59,693 nt of DNA. Source: an uncultured Candidatus Saccharibacteria bacterium. Its GTDB lineage: Bacteria; Patescibacteriota; Saccharimonadia; Saccharimonadales; CAZMXN01. The DNA lies in the NCBI GenBank assembly GCA_964570275.1, contig CAZMXN010000001.1, positions 9,745 through 69,437 of the forward strand, read 5' to 3'. This document shows positions 1-9,644 of the stretch, piece after piece (position 1 is the first letter of the stretch; the number at the start of each line of letters is the position of its first letter). The notes below the pieces were generated by a model, which had not been told where the DNA came from, ran no database searches, and worked only from the letters and a program-made list of their open reading frames with translations. A program made the position numbers and the translations under genes.

Positions 1-1455
1 GTCATGGGCGGTGCCGACACGGAAGTTGACGAGACTACCACAAACATTGTGCTCGAATGCGCCAATTTCGACATGTATTCGATCCGCCGGACGGCTATGG
101 AGCTGGGGTTGTTCACGGAGGCTGTGACCAGATTCAACAAGGGTCAGTCGCCGCTGCAGTGTGATCGGGTCCTGACCTGGGCCGGAGCCGACATTGTGCG
201 CCACTGTGGCGCCCGGCCCGGCGAAAAACGGGACGAGAAAAGCCGCCTGGCTGAGCCGCCAGCGGTCAAAATCACGGCTGATTTTATCAACGAGCGACTC
301 GGACTCAAGCTGTCTCTGAAGCAGATAACGGAACTGCTCACAAACGTTGAGTTCAGCGTTAAAACCGCTCCGGCCGACAAAAAACATCTGCACGTTAAGG
401 CACCGTTCTGGCGGACCGATATCAGGATCCCGGAAGACGTGGTCGAGGAGGTCGGCCGTCTGTACGGCTACGATCACCTGCCGCTTGAACTGCCGAAGCG
501 CAGCATGCGGCCAGCCAAGCGCGACGAGCAGCTGGCGCTCAAGAGCCGGCTCCGGGATATTCTGAGCCGGGCCGGTGCCAACGAGGTGCTGACCTACAGT
601 TTCGTTCATGGTGATTTGATTGACAAAGCCGGCCAGGACAGCAGGCAGGCTTTTAAGCTTGTTAACGCGCTCAGTCCCGACCTTCAGTACTACCGCCTCA
701 GCCTGACGCCGAACCTGCTTGGAAAGGTACGGCCGAATATTAAAGCCGGCTTTGACGAGTTGGCGATTTTTGAAATCGGCAAAGCCCACAATAAGGGCGT
801 AACCGGTGACGACGGCTTGCCGGATGAGATCGGCACTATCGAGCTGGTCTACGCCGCGAAGCATGACAAGCCGGGGGCGGCCTACTACCAGGCTTTAAAG
901 TACGCCGATCATCTCCTGAAGGCCCTGGGTATCGATTATCATTTGGAGCCGGCTCAAGAGCTGCTTCACCAGATTTGGCGGCCGTTTGAGCCGAAGAGAA
1001 CCGGCATGATCAAGGCCGCTAATGGTGGCACATTGGGAGTCGTTGGAGAGTTGCGGCCCGAAGTGCAACATGCCTTCAAGCTGCCGCCCAAAACCGCCGC
1101 TTTCACGCTGGCGCTGGAGCCGCTAGAGCACCTGGCCGCTCAGGCCGGGCAGAGCTACGTGTCGCTGTCGAAGTTCCCGAAAGTCGAACAGGATATCTCC
1201 CTGAAAGTCAGCCAGGATCTGACCTACGGGCAGATTGCGGCCGAGCTGCAAGCCGGGCTGGCTGAGCTGGCAGACGATTCTTTGCATACCGAGTTGGCGT
1301 CGCTGGACATTTACCAGGCCGATGAGTCCAAGCATTTTACCTTCCGGCTGACGGCCACCCATTATCAGAAAACTCTAAGAGCCGCCGAGATTAACGATCT
1401 GCTGGACGAGCTGGCCGAGCGGGTTAAACAGAAATTTGGAGCCGAGAGATTGTAA
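1..1455 (+). CDS. pheT: Phenylalanine--tRNA ligase beta subunit, C-terminal portion (5' end lies upstream of the window)
   Basis: Frame-1 ORF open to the window edge (track ORF 4..1455). Has a PheT core-like sequence (FWRTDIRIPEDVVEEVGRLYGYD) and a C-terminal ferredoxin-fold anticodon-binding type region (KFPKVEQDISLKV...FTFRLT). Confidence 0.85.
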   Translation, partial: VMGGADTEVDETTTNIVLECANFDMYSIRRTAMELGLFTEAVTRFNKGQSPLQCDRVLTWAGADIVRHCGARPGEKRDEKSRLAEPPAVKITADFINERLGLKLSLKQITELLTNVEFSVKTAPADKKHLHVKAPFWRTDIRIPEDVVEEVGRLYGYDHLPLELPKRSMRPAKRDEQLALKSRLRDILSRAGANEVLTYSFVHGDLIDKAGQDSRQAFKLVNALSPDLQYYRLSLTPNLLGKVRPNIKAGFDELAIFEIGKAHNKGVTGDDGLPDEIGTIELVYAAKHDKPGAAYYQALKYADHLLKALGIDYHLEPAQELLHQIWRPFEPKRTGMIKAANGGTLGVVGELRPEVQHAFKLPPKTAAFTLALEPLEHLAAQAGQSYVSLSKFPKVEQDISLKVSQDLTYGQIAAELQAGLAELADDSLHTELASLDIYQADESKHFTFRLTATHYQKTLRAAEINDLLDELAERVKQKFGAERL

Positions 1456-3224
1456 TGAAGTGGTTTTGGCGACTACTGACCACCTTTAGTTTCGTCGCCT
1501 TGCTGGTGGCGCCGGCGACCGCAAGCGCCCAAGCCGCAGCCGGCGGCTTCATCATCAATGATTTCCATGGCCGCTACGAACTGTTCAACGACGTAAACGG
1601 CGGCCGGATGGTGGTCGATGAAGTCATTGAGCTGAATTACTCGGGATATAATCACGGTATCGAACGGGCGATTCCTGAAAAATATAAAGGGAACCCGCTG
1701 CGTATAAATATCCTGTCCGTCGAACGCGACGGCGCGGCCGAACCCTACACGACTTACGGCTCCAATGGTAATACGGTGCTCAGAATCGGCGACGCCGATA
1801 AGACTATCACCGGCGAGCACACTTACGAAATCGCCTACGAACTGCGCAACGTCATGAGCTTTTACGGCGATTACGACGAGTGGTATTGGAATATTAACGG
1901 CACCGATTGGCAGCATCTTACCAGGCAGGTGTCCGGAGAGGTGGTTTTCCCGGAAGGCTGGTCGGATGAGGGTCTGCCGGCAGCGGTTTGTTATACGGGG
2001 CTTTATGGCTCTACCGCGCAAAACTGTACGCTCAGCAAAACCGACCGGGGCTATCTGTTCCAAGCCGATCAGGAATTAACAGCCGGCGAAACACTCTCTA
2101 TTGTGGCGGCCGCGCCGACCGGCTTGTTCACGCCGCGCACCGCCGCCGACTGGTGGCGGGAAAACGCCTGGGAGCTTGTCTGGCTGGCCGCCGGACTCGG
2201 GCTGGCGGGTTGCGCCTGGTTGATATGGTTTAAGCGGGGCCGGGATCATAAAGGCCGCGGGGTGATCATTCCGGAGTACGAACCGCCGGAAGGTCTCAGC
2301 CCGACCGAAGTCGGTTTGCTGGCTGATTACGACGTTGACGCCCGTGATCTGACCGCGGCCATAATCGATCTGGCCATTCGCGGCTATATCAGGATTCACG
2401 AAGAGGTAAAGCCGGGCAGCTTTCTCGGCATAGGCAAAACGCTTACTTTTTCGCTGGAGCTCATTAACGACGATCTGAAGGGGTTAAGGGACCACGAAGC
2501 CGAACTAATCCGGGCTCTCTTCAGCCCGCCGGTTGCCGGGACCAAACAGGAGATTGGAGATATCGCCTTGAGGAAGCGCATGTCTGAAGCTGTCCTTCTA
2601 ATCAATGATAAGCTCAAAAAGCCTCTGACCGGTGAATTCGGCTACTTCGAGAAAGGCTCCGGCAAGTATACGCTGGCAATGGTGGTGGTTGGCCTGGTGC
2701 TGTTGTTTGTCTGGGACCTGGTTTTTGGCGATAACCTGGCAGGGGGCTGGGGGTGGTCGATAGGACGCCGGATTGCCGGGGTCAGCTTCATTGTTTTCGG
2801 CATGTTGATGCAGCGGCGGACGCATGCCGGGGTAGAGGCTTACGAAAAAATCCAGGGCTTCAAATTGTACTTGAACACGGCCGAGAAAGACCGGCTCAAG
2901 ATGCTGCAGAGCGTTGACCGGCCGTATGCGCCGCCGGCTCAAACCGTGGAATTGTTCGAGAAGCTGCTGCCTTACGCCGTGGCCCTGGGCGTTGAAAAAT
3001 CCTGGGCGAAGCAGTTTGCGAATATTTACCAGCAGCCGCCGGATTGGTACGGCGGCAATTACGCGCGCTTCAGCACCGGTTATCTAATCGGCAATTTAAC
3101 CCGCGGTGTGTCAGCTATGAACAGCAGCTTTAGACCGCCCAGGAGTTCCGGCAGCTCCGGATTCTCGTCTGGCGGCGGTTTCGCCTGCGGTGGCGGCGGT
3201 GGTGGCGGCGGCGGTAGCTGGTAA
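1455..3224 (+). CDS. DUF2207-like membrane protein
   Basis: Signal peptide (VAPATASAQA), large extracytoplasmic N-domain, several internal TM helices and a C-terminal Ser/Gly tail ending GGGGGGGGGSW. ATG overlaps the pheT stop by 1 nt. Family call is from architecture only. Confidence 0.6.
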   Translation: MKWFWRLLTTFSFVALLVAPATASAQAAAGGFIINDFHGRYELFNDVNGGRMVVDEVIELNYSGYNHGIERAIPEKYKGNPLRINILSVERDGAAEPYTTYGSNGNTVLRIGDADKTITGEHTYEIAYELRNVMSFYGDYDEWYWNINGTDWQHLTRQVSGEVVFPEGWSDEGLPAAVCYTGLYGSTAQNCTLSKTDRGYLFQADQELTAGETLSIVAAAPTGLFTPRTAADWWRENAWELVWLAAGLGLAGCAWLIWFKRGRDHKGRGVIIPEYEPPEGLSPTEVGLLADYDVDARDLTAAIIDLAIRGYIRIHEEVKPGSFLGIGKTLTFSLELINDDLKGLRDHEAELIRALFSPPVAGTKQEIGDIALRKRMSEAVLLINDKLKKPLTGEFGYFEKGSGKYTLAMVVVGLVLLFVWDLVFGDNLAGGWGWSIGRRIAGVSFIVFGMLMQRRTHAGVEAYEKIQGFKLYLNTAEKDRLKMLQSVDRPYAPPAQTVELFEKLLPYAVALGVEKSWAKQFANIYQQPPDWYGGNYARFSTGYLIGNLTRGVSAMNSSFRPPRSSGSSGFSSGGGFACGGGGGGGGGSW

Positions 3225-3286
3225 CTGGCGCTTCCGGAGAGATGGCTATTTATTAATTGCTCTTAAACGATTAATATATTGAAATA

Positions 3287-3727
3287 ATGGGAAAAGCAGT
3301 CCGGGCGATCATCATTAAAGACAATAAGCTGCTGGCGATGCACCGCAATAAGGAAGGCAGCCAATACTACACGCTGGTTGGCGGCCGGGTCAATGACGGC
3401 GAGACGCTGGAGCAGGCGCTCAAACGCGAGGTCAAAGAAGAAACCGGTCTGGAAGTTACCGCGGCCCGGCTGGTGTTTACCGAGGATTATCCCGAGCCGT
3501 ATAATTCCCAGTTTATTTACCTGTGCGAAGTGGCCGGCGCTGACCAGGTGGCCCTGACGGCCGGCTCCGAAGAGGAGCAGTTGAACCGGCTGGGTTACAA
3601 CGTCCATACACCCGTCTGGCTGGAGATGGGCTCATTCGAGCGGGTTCATTTCCGCACGCCGCAGTTGCAGCGGGCGCTGGCCGACTCCTTAAGGAAAGGC
3701 TTTCCCGAGAATCCGAAAGCCCTATAG
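3287..3727 (+). CDS. NUDIX hydrolase
   Basis: Complete Nudix box GRVNDGETLEQALKREVKEETGL (GX5EX7REUXEEXGU). Confidence 0.85.
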   Translation: MGKAVRAIIIKDNKLLAMHRNKEGSQYYTLVGGRVNDGETLEQALKREVKEETGLEVTAARLVFTEDYPEPYNSQFIYLCEVAGADQVALTAGSEEEQLNRLGYNVHTPVWLEMGSFERVHFRTPQLQRALADSLRKGFPENPKAL

Positions 3728-3756
3728 TTTACAAAAAGTTGTTACAATAAATTGTT

Positions 3757-5541
3757 ATGAAACATATCTGGCGGATAATCCGCTTTAGCGGCAGCCTGTG
3801 GCGTTATTACGTGGCGATTTCGGTCATGACGATTTTGCTGGCGGCCATGAGCCAGTTGCAGCCGATAATCACCAAGGCGGCCGTGGACGAGATCACCAAA
3901 CTGGTCGGCGGCGGGCAGGCCAACGTCGGCTTCGTCGGCTGGATGGCTGTACTGATGTTCGCGACCGATGCCGGCCAGACGCTGCTCAGCAATGTCAGCG
4001 GTCACTGGGGCGACCTGTTGATGATCAAACTCAAGCGGCATCTCAGCGAGCGATATTACCGGCACCTGCTGGAGCTGCCGCAGCAGTATTTTGACCGCGA
4101 GCTGTCCGGCAAAATCATCAACCGCATGAATCGCGGCATCGAGCAGATCGGCAACTTTATGCAAATGATGAGCAACAACTTCCTGCAGTTCATCTTCAGC
4201 ACGGTTTTCTCGCTGATCATCGTGGCGATTTATTCCTGGCAGGTGGCCCTGATGCTGGGTGTGCTGTACCCGGTATTCATGTGGATGACGGCCCGGACCA
4301 GCAATAAATGGCAGCGCTACCAGCAGACGATTAACACCGAACTGGATATTGCCACCGGCCGGTTCGCCGAAACCATCAATCAGATCAAAGTCGTTAAAAG
4401 CTTTATTCAGGAGCGGCACGAGCTGAAGTTTTTCGGCCGGCATTACGGCAAGGCGGAGCGAACGACCGGTCCCCAGAGCCGCTACTGGCACAAGCAGGAT
4501 GTCGCCCGCCGGCTGGTGCTGAACATCATCTTCCTGGCGGTGTTCGCCTACATTTTCGTCGAGACCGCCCGGGGCGTCTACACGGTCGGCGAGATGGTGC
4601 TGCTGATTCAGTACGCGATGCTGATCCGGATCCCGATTTTCAGTATCAGCTTCTTAATAGACCGGACGCAGCGGGCGATTGCCGACAGCAAGGATTACTT
4701 CGAAGCGATGGATCTGAAGCCGGCGATTGCCGACCGTCCGAACGCGCCGGATCTGACCGTGCCGCGCGGCGAGATAGTTTTCGACACGGTAACGTTCAGC
4801 TACGACCGAAACCAGCCGGTGCTTAAAAATATCGACGTGACGATCGAGCCGGACAGCAAGGTGGCGCTGGTCGGCGAGAGCGGCGAGGGCAAGACGACGC
4901 TGACCAACCTGCTGCTTCGGCTGTACGAGCCGGAGAAAGGCGTCATCCGCATTGACGGTCAGGACATCAATGATGTCACGCAGGCGTCCCTGCGCCGCAA
5001 CATCGGCGTAGTGTTCCAGGACCCGGCGCTGTTTAGCGGCACCATCCGGGAGAATATCGCCTACGCCAATCCGACGGCCACGGACGAGGAGGTGCTCAAG
5101 GCGGCCAAAGCCGCCAATGCCCTGGAGTTTATTGACAAGTTCGACAAAGGCCTGGCAACCGAGATCGGCGAACGCGGCCTGAAGCTGTCCGGCGGCCAGA
5201 AGCAGCGCATCGCCATTGCCCGGGCGCTGCTCAAGAACGCGCCGATCCTGATTCTGGACGAGGCCACCAGCAGTCTGGACAGCAAGTCGGAGCAGCTGGT
5301 TCAGGCGGCGCTGGAGCATCTGATGAAAGGCCGGACGACCATCATCATTGCCCACCGGCTGAGCACCATTCAGCACGTTGACAAGATCATTACGCTTAAA
5401 GCCGGCCGGGTGGACGAAGTCGGCTCACCGGCCAGACTGGCTAAAACCAACGGCATCTATGCTCAGCTGCTGCGTCTTCAGCGCGGCAGGAAATCCGCCT
5501 CCACCGCCAAGAAGCTTCGCCAGTTCGATATCGCCGCCTGA
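3757..5541 (+). CDS. ABC exporter, fused permease/ATPase (MsbA/MdlB-like)
   Basis: N-terminal six-helix-type TM domain. Walker A GESGEGKTT, ABC signature LSGGQKQR, Walker B ILILDEATS, H-loop IIIAHRL. Confidence 0.9.
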   Translation: MKHIWRIIRFSGSLWRYYVAISVMTILLAAMSQLQPIITKAAVDEITKLVGGGQANVGFVGWMAVLMFATDAGQTLLSNVSGHWGDLLMIKLKRHLSERYYRHLLELPQQYFDRELSGKIINRMNRGIEQIGNFMQMMSNNFLQFIFSTVFSLIIVAIYSWQVALMLGVLYPVFMWMTARTSNKWQRYQQTINTELDIATGRFAETINQIKVVKSFIQERHELKFFGRHYGKAERTTGPQSRYWHKQDVARRLVLNIIFLAVFAYIFVETARGVYTVGEMVLLIQYAMLIRIPIFSISFLIDRTQRAIADSKDYFEAMDLKPAIADRPNAPDLTVPRGEIVFDTVTFSYDRNQPVLKNIDVTIEPDSKVALVGESGEGKTTLTNLLLRLYEPEKGVIRIDGQDINDVTQASLRRNIGVVFQDPALFSGTIRENIAYANPTATDEEVLKAAKAANALEFIDKFDKGLATEIGERGLKLSGGQKQRIAIARALLKNAPILILDEATSSLDSKSEQLVQAALEHLMKGRTTIIIAHRLSTIQHVDKIITLKAGRVDEVGSPARLAKTNGIYAQLLRLQRGRKSASTAKKLRQFDIAA

Positions 5542-5633
5542 GCAAAAAAGGTTTTCTTATACGTAAGTTACAACGTTTTTGCCCGGAGCTTGCTGCTATA
5601 ATGTTCCAGCACAACAGTAATAAGTGAGGGTAT

Positions 5634-6224
5634 ATGAAAAAGAGCCAACGCGCCGTGGCGTTTATAGCGGCGATCGTGTTTTTTCTGACGTCAGTCGGCT
5701 TTAGCGCCCTGGTCATCTGGCAGATCAACGAAGACAAGGAGACCGCTGAGATCATCAGTTCGCTGCAACAACAAACGGCCGGACAGCAGAATCTGCAGGA
5801 TTTGCCGACCGATGAACCGGCAGAAACGGAAAATAAGGAGGGAACTTTGGAAGGCACCAAGCTGGCTAATTTTACGCCAATCGACAAGGTGGAAAAACTG
5901 GAAATTATCGATATTGAGACCGGTACGGGCGAAGCCGTCAAACCGGGCGATACCGTAACGGCGCATTACACCGGCGCGCTGGCCAAGGACGGCACGATTT
6001 TTCAGAGCTCGCACGATACCGGTCAGCCGATTCCATTCAGCCTGGACGGGGTCATTCAGGGCTGGACGGAAGGCGTGCCCGGTATGAAAGTCGGCGGCAA
6101 GCGCCGCCTGGTCATTCCGGCCGAACAGGCCTACGGGGCCAGCTCGCCCAGCCCGAACATACCGCCGAATTCCGACCTGGTTTTCGATATCGAACTGGTG
6201 GCCATCGGCGAACCGCAGAGCTAA
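5634..6224 (+). CDS. FKBP-type peptidyl-prolyl cis-trans isomerase with N-terminal membrane anchor
   Basis: N-terminal TM helix, then an FKBP domain (VTAHYTGALAKDGTIFQSS...FSLDGVIQGWTEGVPGMKVGGKRRLVIPAEQAYG). GAGGG Shine-Dalgarno (SD) before the ATG. Confidence 0.85.
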   Translation: MKKSQRAVAFIAAIVFFLTSVGFSALVIWQINEDKETAEIISSLQQQTAGQQNLQDLPTDEPAETENKEGTLEGTKLANFTPIDKVEKLEIIDIETGTGEAVKPGDTVTAHYTGALAKDGTIFQSSHDTGQPIPFSLDGVIQGWTEGVPGMKVGGKRRLVIPAEQAYGASSPSPNIPPNSDLVFDIELVAIGEPQS

Positions 6225-6328
6225 TAAAAGTGTCATAAACACAACATATAGCGCTATTGCATCTCCGCGCTACGCTATATATAATAAAAAGCATAAAAGC
6301 TATAAACATTAAAAGGAACTGTAAGTAA

Positions 6329-6577
6329 ATGGCCAAAGACATCACGATTTTCACTACCAATACCTGCGCCTACTGCGTAATGGTTAAGCGGTGGCTGCAG
6401 TCCAAAGGGCTCAATTACCAAGAGGTTAACCTGGACGAGCATCCGGAGCGGCAGGCCGAAGCTTATGAGGTCAGCGGCCAATTGGCCGTGCCGGTTACGG
6501 TGGTAACCAAGGCAGACGACAGCAAAGAAGTCGTCGTTGGTTACAACCTGGCCAAACTGGCGCCGGCCGTCAGCTAA
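6329..6577 (+). CDS. Glutaredoxin-like protein (NrdH/YruB-like)
   Basis: 82 aa with a thioredoxin-fold beginning ITIFTTNTCAYCVMVKRWL (CxxC = CAYC) and VPVTVV...VVGYN, typical of small glutaredoxin-like proteins. Confidence 0.75.
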   Translation: MAKDITIFTTNTCAYCVMVKRWLQSKGLNYQEVNLDEHPERQAEAYEVSGQLAVPVTVVTKADDSKEVVVGYNLAKLAPAVS

Positions 6578-6650
6578 AAAGCAGCCCGGGTGCGATTAAA
6601 GTTAGAGCTCATATAAGCAATATCTAAATAAACTGAAAGGTTGCCCCCTC

Positions 6651-7616
6651 ATGTCAGAGTCCGATAAAATCCACGACGTCGTAATGATCGGTGCCGGTCC
6701 GGCCGCGTTGGCAGCGGCTATCTACACCACCCGGGAGGATATTGAGACGGTTCTGTATGAGAAAGGCGTCATTGGCGGCCTGGCGGCCATCACCGACTGG
6801 GTTGATAATTATCCGGGCTTTGCGAAAGGCATCGCCGGGCTGGAATTGTCCGAAGGACTCCGTCTTCAGGCCGAACGTTTTGGCGCCGAGATCCGCCTGG
6901 GCGAAGTCATGAAGATTCACGACGAGGGTAAACATAAGCGGCTGGAGACAACCGACGGCGACGTTCTGGCCCGGGCCGTTCTGATTGCTACCGGCAGCGA
7001 CTACAAGAAGCTGGGTGTCCCCGGCGAGGCGGAATACTACGCCCGCGGCGTGCATTATTGCGCCACTTGTGACGGCGCATTTTATCGTGACAAGCGGCTG
7101 GTCGTCGTCGGCGGCGGCAACTCGGCTGTGCAGGAAGCCATTTTTCTGACCCGCTACGCTACGCACATCGATATGCTGGTGCGCGGTGACAAGATGCGGG
7201 CATCGGAGGTGTTGCAGCAGGAGCTCGATAAGCATAAGGATAAGATCACCGTTCACTTCAACACCACGACCGATGAAATTACCGGTCAGGAGAAGGTCGA
7301 AAAAGTCATCGGCACTGATAAGCTGACAGGTAAGCAGGTGGAGTTTCCGACCGATGGCGTCTTTGTGTTCATCGGACTGCTGCCAAATACCCAGTTTCTG
7401 GAAAACAGCGGCGTCGAGCTGGACGGCCGCGGCCTGATCAAGACGGATGAACATCTGGAAACCAGTCTTAAAGGAGTGTTCGCCGCCGGCGACGTGCGCT
7501 CCGGCGCTACCATGCAGATCGCCAGCGCGACCGGCGAAGGCGCGACGGCCGCTTTGATGATCCGGCACTATCTGGAGCACTCGCCCAATCTGGCGGCGAC
7601 TGCTACAATGGAATAG
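6651..7616 (+). CDS. trxB: Thioredoxin-disulfide reductase
   Basis: FAD motif VVMIGAGPAALAAAIY, redox-active CATCDG, NADPH motif VVVGGGNSAVQEA, C-terminal GDVR...QIASATGEG. Confidence 0.9.
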   Translation: MSESDKIHDVVMIGAGPAALAAAIYTTREDIETVLYEKGVIGGLAAITDWVDNYPGFAKGIAGLELSEGLRLQAERFGAEIRLGEVMKIHDEGKHKRLETTDGDVLARAVLIATGSDYKKLGVPGEAEYYARGVHYCATCDGAFYRDKRLVVVGGGNSAVQEAIFLTRYATHIDMLVRGDKMRASEVLQQELDKHKDKITVHFNTTTDEITGQEKVEKVIGTDKLTGKQVEFPTDGVFVFIGLLPNTQFLENSGVELDGRGLIKTDEHLETSLKGVFAAGDVRSGATMQIASATGEGATAALMIRHYLEHSPNLAATATME

Positions 7617-7640
7617 CTAAACAAAGCAGTTGGAGAGCAT

Positions 7641-8108
7641 ATGAACAAGGCTATAGTTACGATATTGGTGGTGATTGTGGTGGCCGCCCTGGCGGTCTTC
7701 GGTTTTATGGCGTTTCGGGATGACGCCGATAACGATGACACGGCGCTGCCGGAAGCCACGACTTCCCAAACGACCGATCCGGTGACACCAAATAACAGCA
7801 CCGACACCGGGACTGACGGCAATACCGAGAACGCTGGCGAGGTGCTGTCCGGCCAGGTCGAGGTCTCGATTGAGAGCATGGAATTTCAGCCGGAGACACT
7901 GAGAATTGAGCGCGGCTCGACCGTCACCTGGACCAACCAGGACGCGGTTCAGCACGATATTACACCCGATCAGGTCGGCACTTTCTTCGAGCAGAGTCAG
8001 TTACTGAACGAGGGCGAAAGCTACAGCGTGGTCTTTAGTGAGCCGGGCACCTACACCTATCACTGCAGTCCGCATCCGCACATGACCGGTACGATAGTCG
8101 TCGAATAA
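7641..8108 (+). CDS. Membrane-anchored cupredoxin (amicyanin/plastocyanin-like blue copper protein)
   Basis: N-terminal TM helix and an acidic/Thr-rich linker, then a cupredoxin domain. Candidate type-1 Cu ligands are His in VTWTNQDAVQHDI and the C-x2-H-x2-M motif in YHCSPHPHMTG. Confidence 0.7.
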   Translation: MNKAIVTILVVIVVAALAVFGFMAFRDDADNDDTALPEATTSQTTDPVTPNNSTDTGTDGNTENAGEVLSGQVEVSIESMEFQPETLRIERGSTVTWTNQDAVQHDITPDQVGTFFEQSQLLNEGESYSVVFSEPGTYTYHCSPHPHMTGTIVVE

Positions 8109-8115
8109 GCCTGTT

Positions 8116-8817
8116 TTAGAGTCCAAAGTAGCCGGGAAAGGAATCGGTGACGATTCGCTCCGAGGCAATGCCGGCTTGCGCCAGGCCGCCGCGTAAATTT
8201 TCTACAAGGGCGTCCGGGCCGGCCAGGTAGATAAGGCTTGAATCGGTCGTCGCAGCTGCCGGCAGGATGACCTCGGCCGTTAAAGTGCCGCGTCGGCCGC
8301 CGGTCCAGCCGGTCGGCGGGTTCTTTATGATAAGTTGCAGCTCGGTCATGTCCTCAAACAGCTCCTTAAACGGCAAGCTGCCCGTGTCCCGGCCGGCGTA
8401 AAACATGGTTATGGGCCGCCGCTGACGCTCATCCTTAAGTTGCTTGAGCATGCTGCGAAACGGCGTGCAGCCGATGCCGACGGCGACGAAGGTCAACGGA
8501 ATGTCCGGGCTTTTGGGCAAAACGAAGTCACCCAGCGGCTCGGCCAGCCGGACGCCGTCGCCTGGTTGTAGCCGGGACAGAGCCTTTTTAAAGCTGCTGG
8601 GCTCACCCGCCAGCCGGGTGGTGATAGCCAGGAGCTCTTCGCCGGGCGAAGACGACAGCGTAAACCAGCGCTTTTGGCCGCGCCCGTCAGGGTTTTTATG
8701 CGGCAGGTAAAGTTCGGTGAACTGGCCGGCGACAAAGCGCAGCGGCCGCTCGGGCCGGAACCGGAAAGTCCGGACGCCGCTGGCAACGTCAACCGCTTCA
8801 ACAAAAACCGCCTTCAT
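8116..8817 (-). CDS. FAD/NAD(P)-binding oxidoreductase, ferredoxin-NADP reductase (FNR)-like
   Basis: FAD-binding RWFTLSS (RxYS-type) motif after a beta-barrel N-domain. NAD(P)-binding FVAVGIGCTPFRSM. 4-nt overlap with the upstream GDPD gene. Confidence 0.7.
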   Translation of the reverse strand: MKAVFVEAVDVASGVRTFRFRPERPLRFVAGQFTELYLPHKNPDGRGQKRWFTLSSSPGEELLAITTRLAGEPSSFKKALSRLQPGDGVRLAEPLGDFVLPKSPDIPLTFVAVGIGCTPFRSMLKQLKDERQRRPITMFYAGRDTGSLPFKELFEDMTELQLIIKNPPTGWTGGRRGTLTAEVILPAAATTDSSLIYLAGPDALVENLRGGLAQAGIASERIVTDSFPGYFGL

Positions 8818-9554
8818 GATTTTTTAGCCGGGCTTTTCCCGGCCGGCCGGCGGCGTTTACGGGCGACCCGCCGCTGTTTGGGCCGGAGAAACTGCAGCTG
8901 ATGCGGCACGTCGGTGGTGATGCTGATCCGCGGATACAGCAGGCGCAGGAAGCTGGCCAGCCAGGGTTTGTTGACGGTGTAGACGATGATGCGCAGTTTA
9001 TAAAAGCGGGCCAGCAGATAAGTCAGCGGGTTAAGAATCCAGAAATTCAAATCGATGCCGCTAAAACCGTAGATGCGGGCTGTGCGGACAACTTCCAGCG
9101 GACTGGTGTGCTCCAGCGCGTAAGTCGGCACCGACGGCAGCAATGTTTTGAAGGTGTAAAGTTCCTGGTGGTCGAACGAGATGACGCTGAACATTGACTG
9201 GTCCTTGCGCGGTTTCAGGAAATCGGCCAGCGGTCTGGCCCAGCCGCTGTCTTTACCCTCGATTACCACCGGCGTGTCGCCGGCCGCCTTTAGAGCTTCC
9301 TCCAAAGTGGCGACGGCCTGGCCGTCGTGCAGCTTGACGCTCTTGAGCGACTTGAGCGAGTGTTCGTCAACGCGGTGGGCCGCTTCGCTGACACGGCCCA
9401 GGTGCCGGTCATGGTTTAAAACCAGTTCGCCGTCTTTGGTAACCCGGATGTCTATCTCGATGGCGTCAACGCCGGCTTTAACAGCCGCCTTGATACTGCC
9501 CAGGGTATTTTCCAGCGCCAGCCCGGCGGCGCCGCGGTGACCGATCACTTTCAT
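8814..9554 (-). CDS. Glycerophosphodiester phosphodiesterase family protein
   Basis: N-terminal GDPD signature VIGHRGAAGLALENTLGSIKAAVKAGVDAIEIDIRVTKDGELVLNHD. Has an unusual Arg/Lys-rich C-terminal tail. GGAGG SD. Confidence 0.8.
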   Translation of the reverse strand: MKVIGHRGAAGLALENTLGSIKAAVKAGVDAIEIDIRVTKDGELVLNHDRHLGRVSEAAHRVDEHSLKSLKSVKLHDGQAVATLEEALKAAGDTPVVIEGKDSGWARPLADFLKPRKDQSMFSVISFDHQELYTFKTLLPSVPTYALEHTSPLEVVRTARIYGFSGIDLNFWILNPLTYLLARFYKLRIIVYTVNKPWLASFLRLLYPRISITTDVPHQLQFLRPKQRRVARKRRRPAGKSPAKKS

Positions 9555-9644
9555 GGCCGCCTCCGCCCGCCGGGGCTCGTTTTATATCCAACTCGCTTCA
9601 TCTCAAATAGTGTACAATATTTCCGAGAAAGTAACGGAGGAAGC

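Noticed and set aside
6654-7580. Long antisense ORFs opposite well-supported genes. Examples: 308 aa opposite trxB, 24047..25051 (334 aa) opposite gatB, 50707..51666 (319 aa) opposite tyrS, 14068..14868 opposite transketolase-C, 31257..32120 opposite the CAP gene, 54717..55547 opposite the 273-aa ORF, 3742..4491 opposite the ABC exporter.
   Set aside because: In GC-rich DNA the antisense frames of real genes are stop-poor. These translations are Arg/Gly/Ala/Pro/Gln-rich with no motifs, while the opposite strand carries unambiguous catalytic signatures. Treated as non-coding shadows.
9537-9644. Upstream extensions of several track ORFs: ppa 9537, rpe-like 12255, uvrB 19792, tyrS 50485, trmH 33544.
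   Set aside because: The extensions cross promoter -10 boxes or overlap neighbouring genes, lack homology to the respective families, and have better internal starts with SD or leaderless-type promoters.
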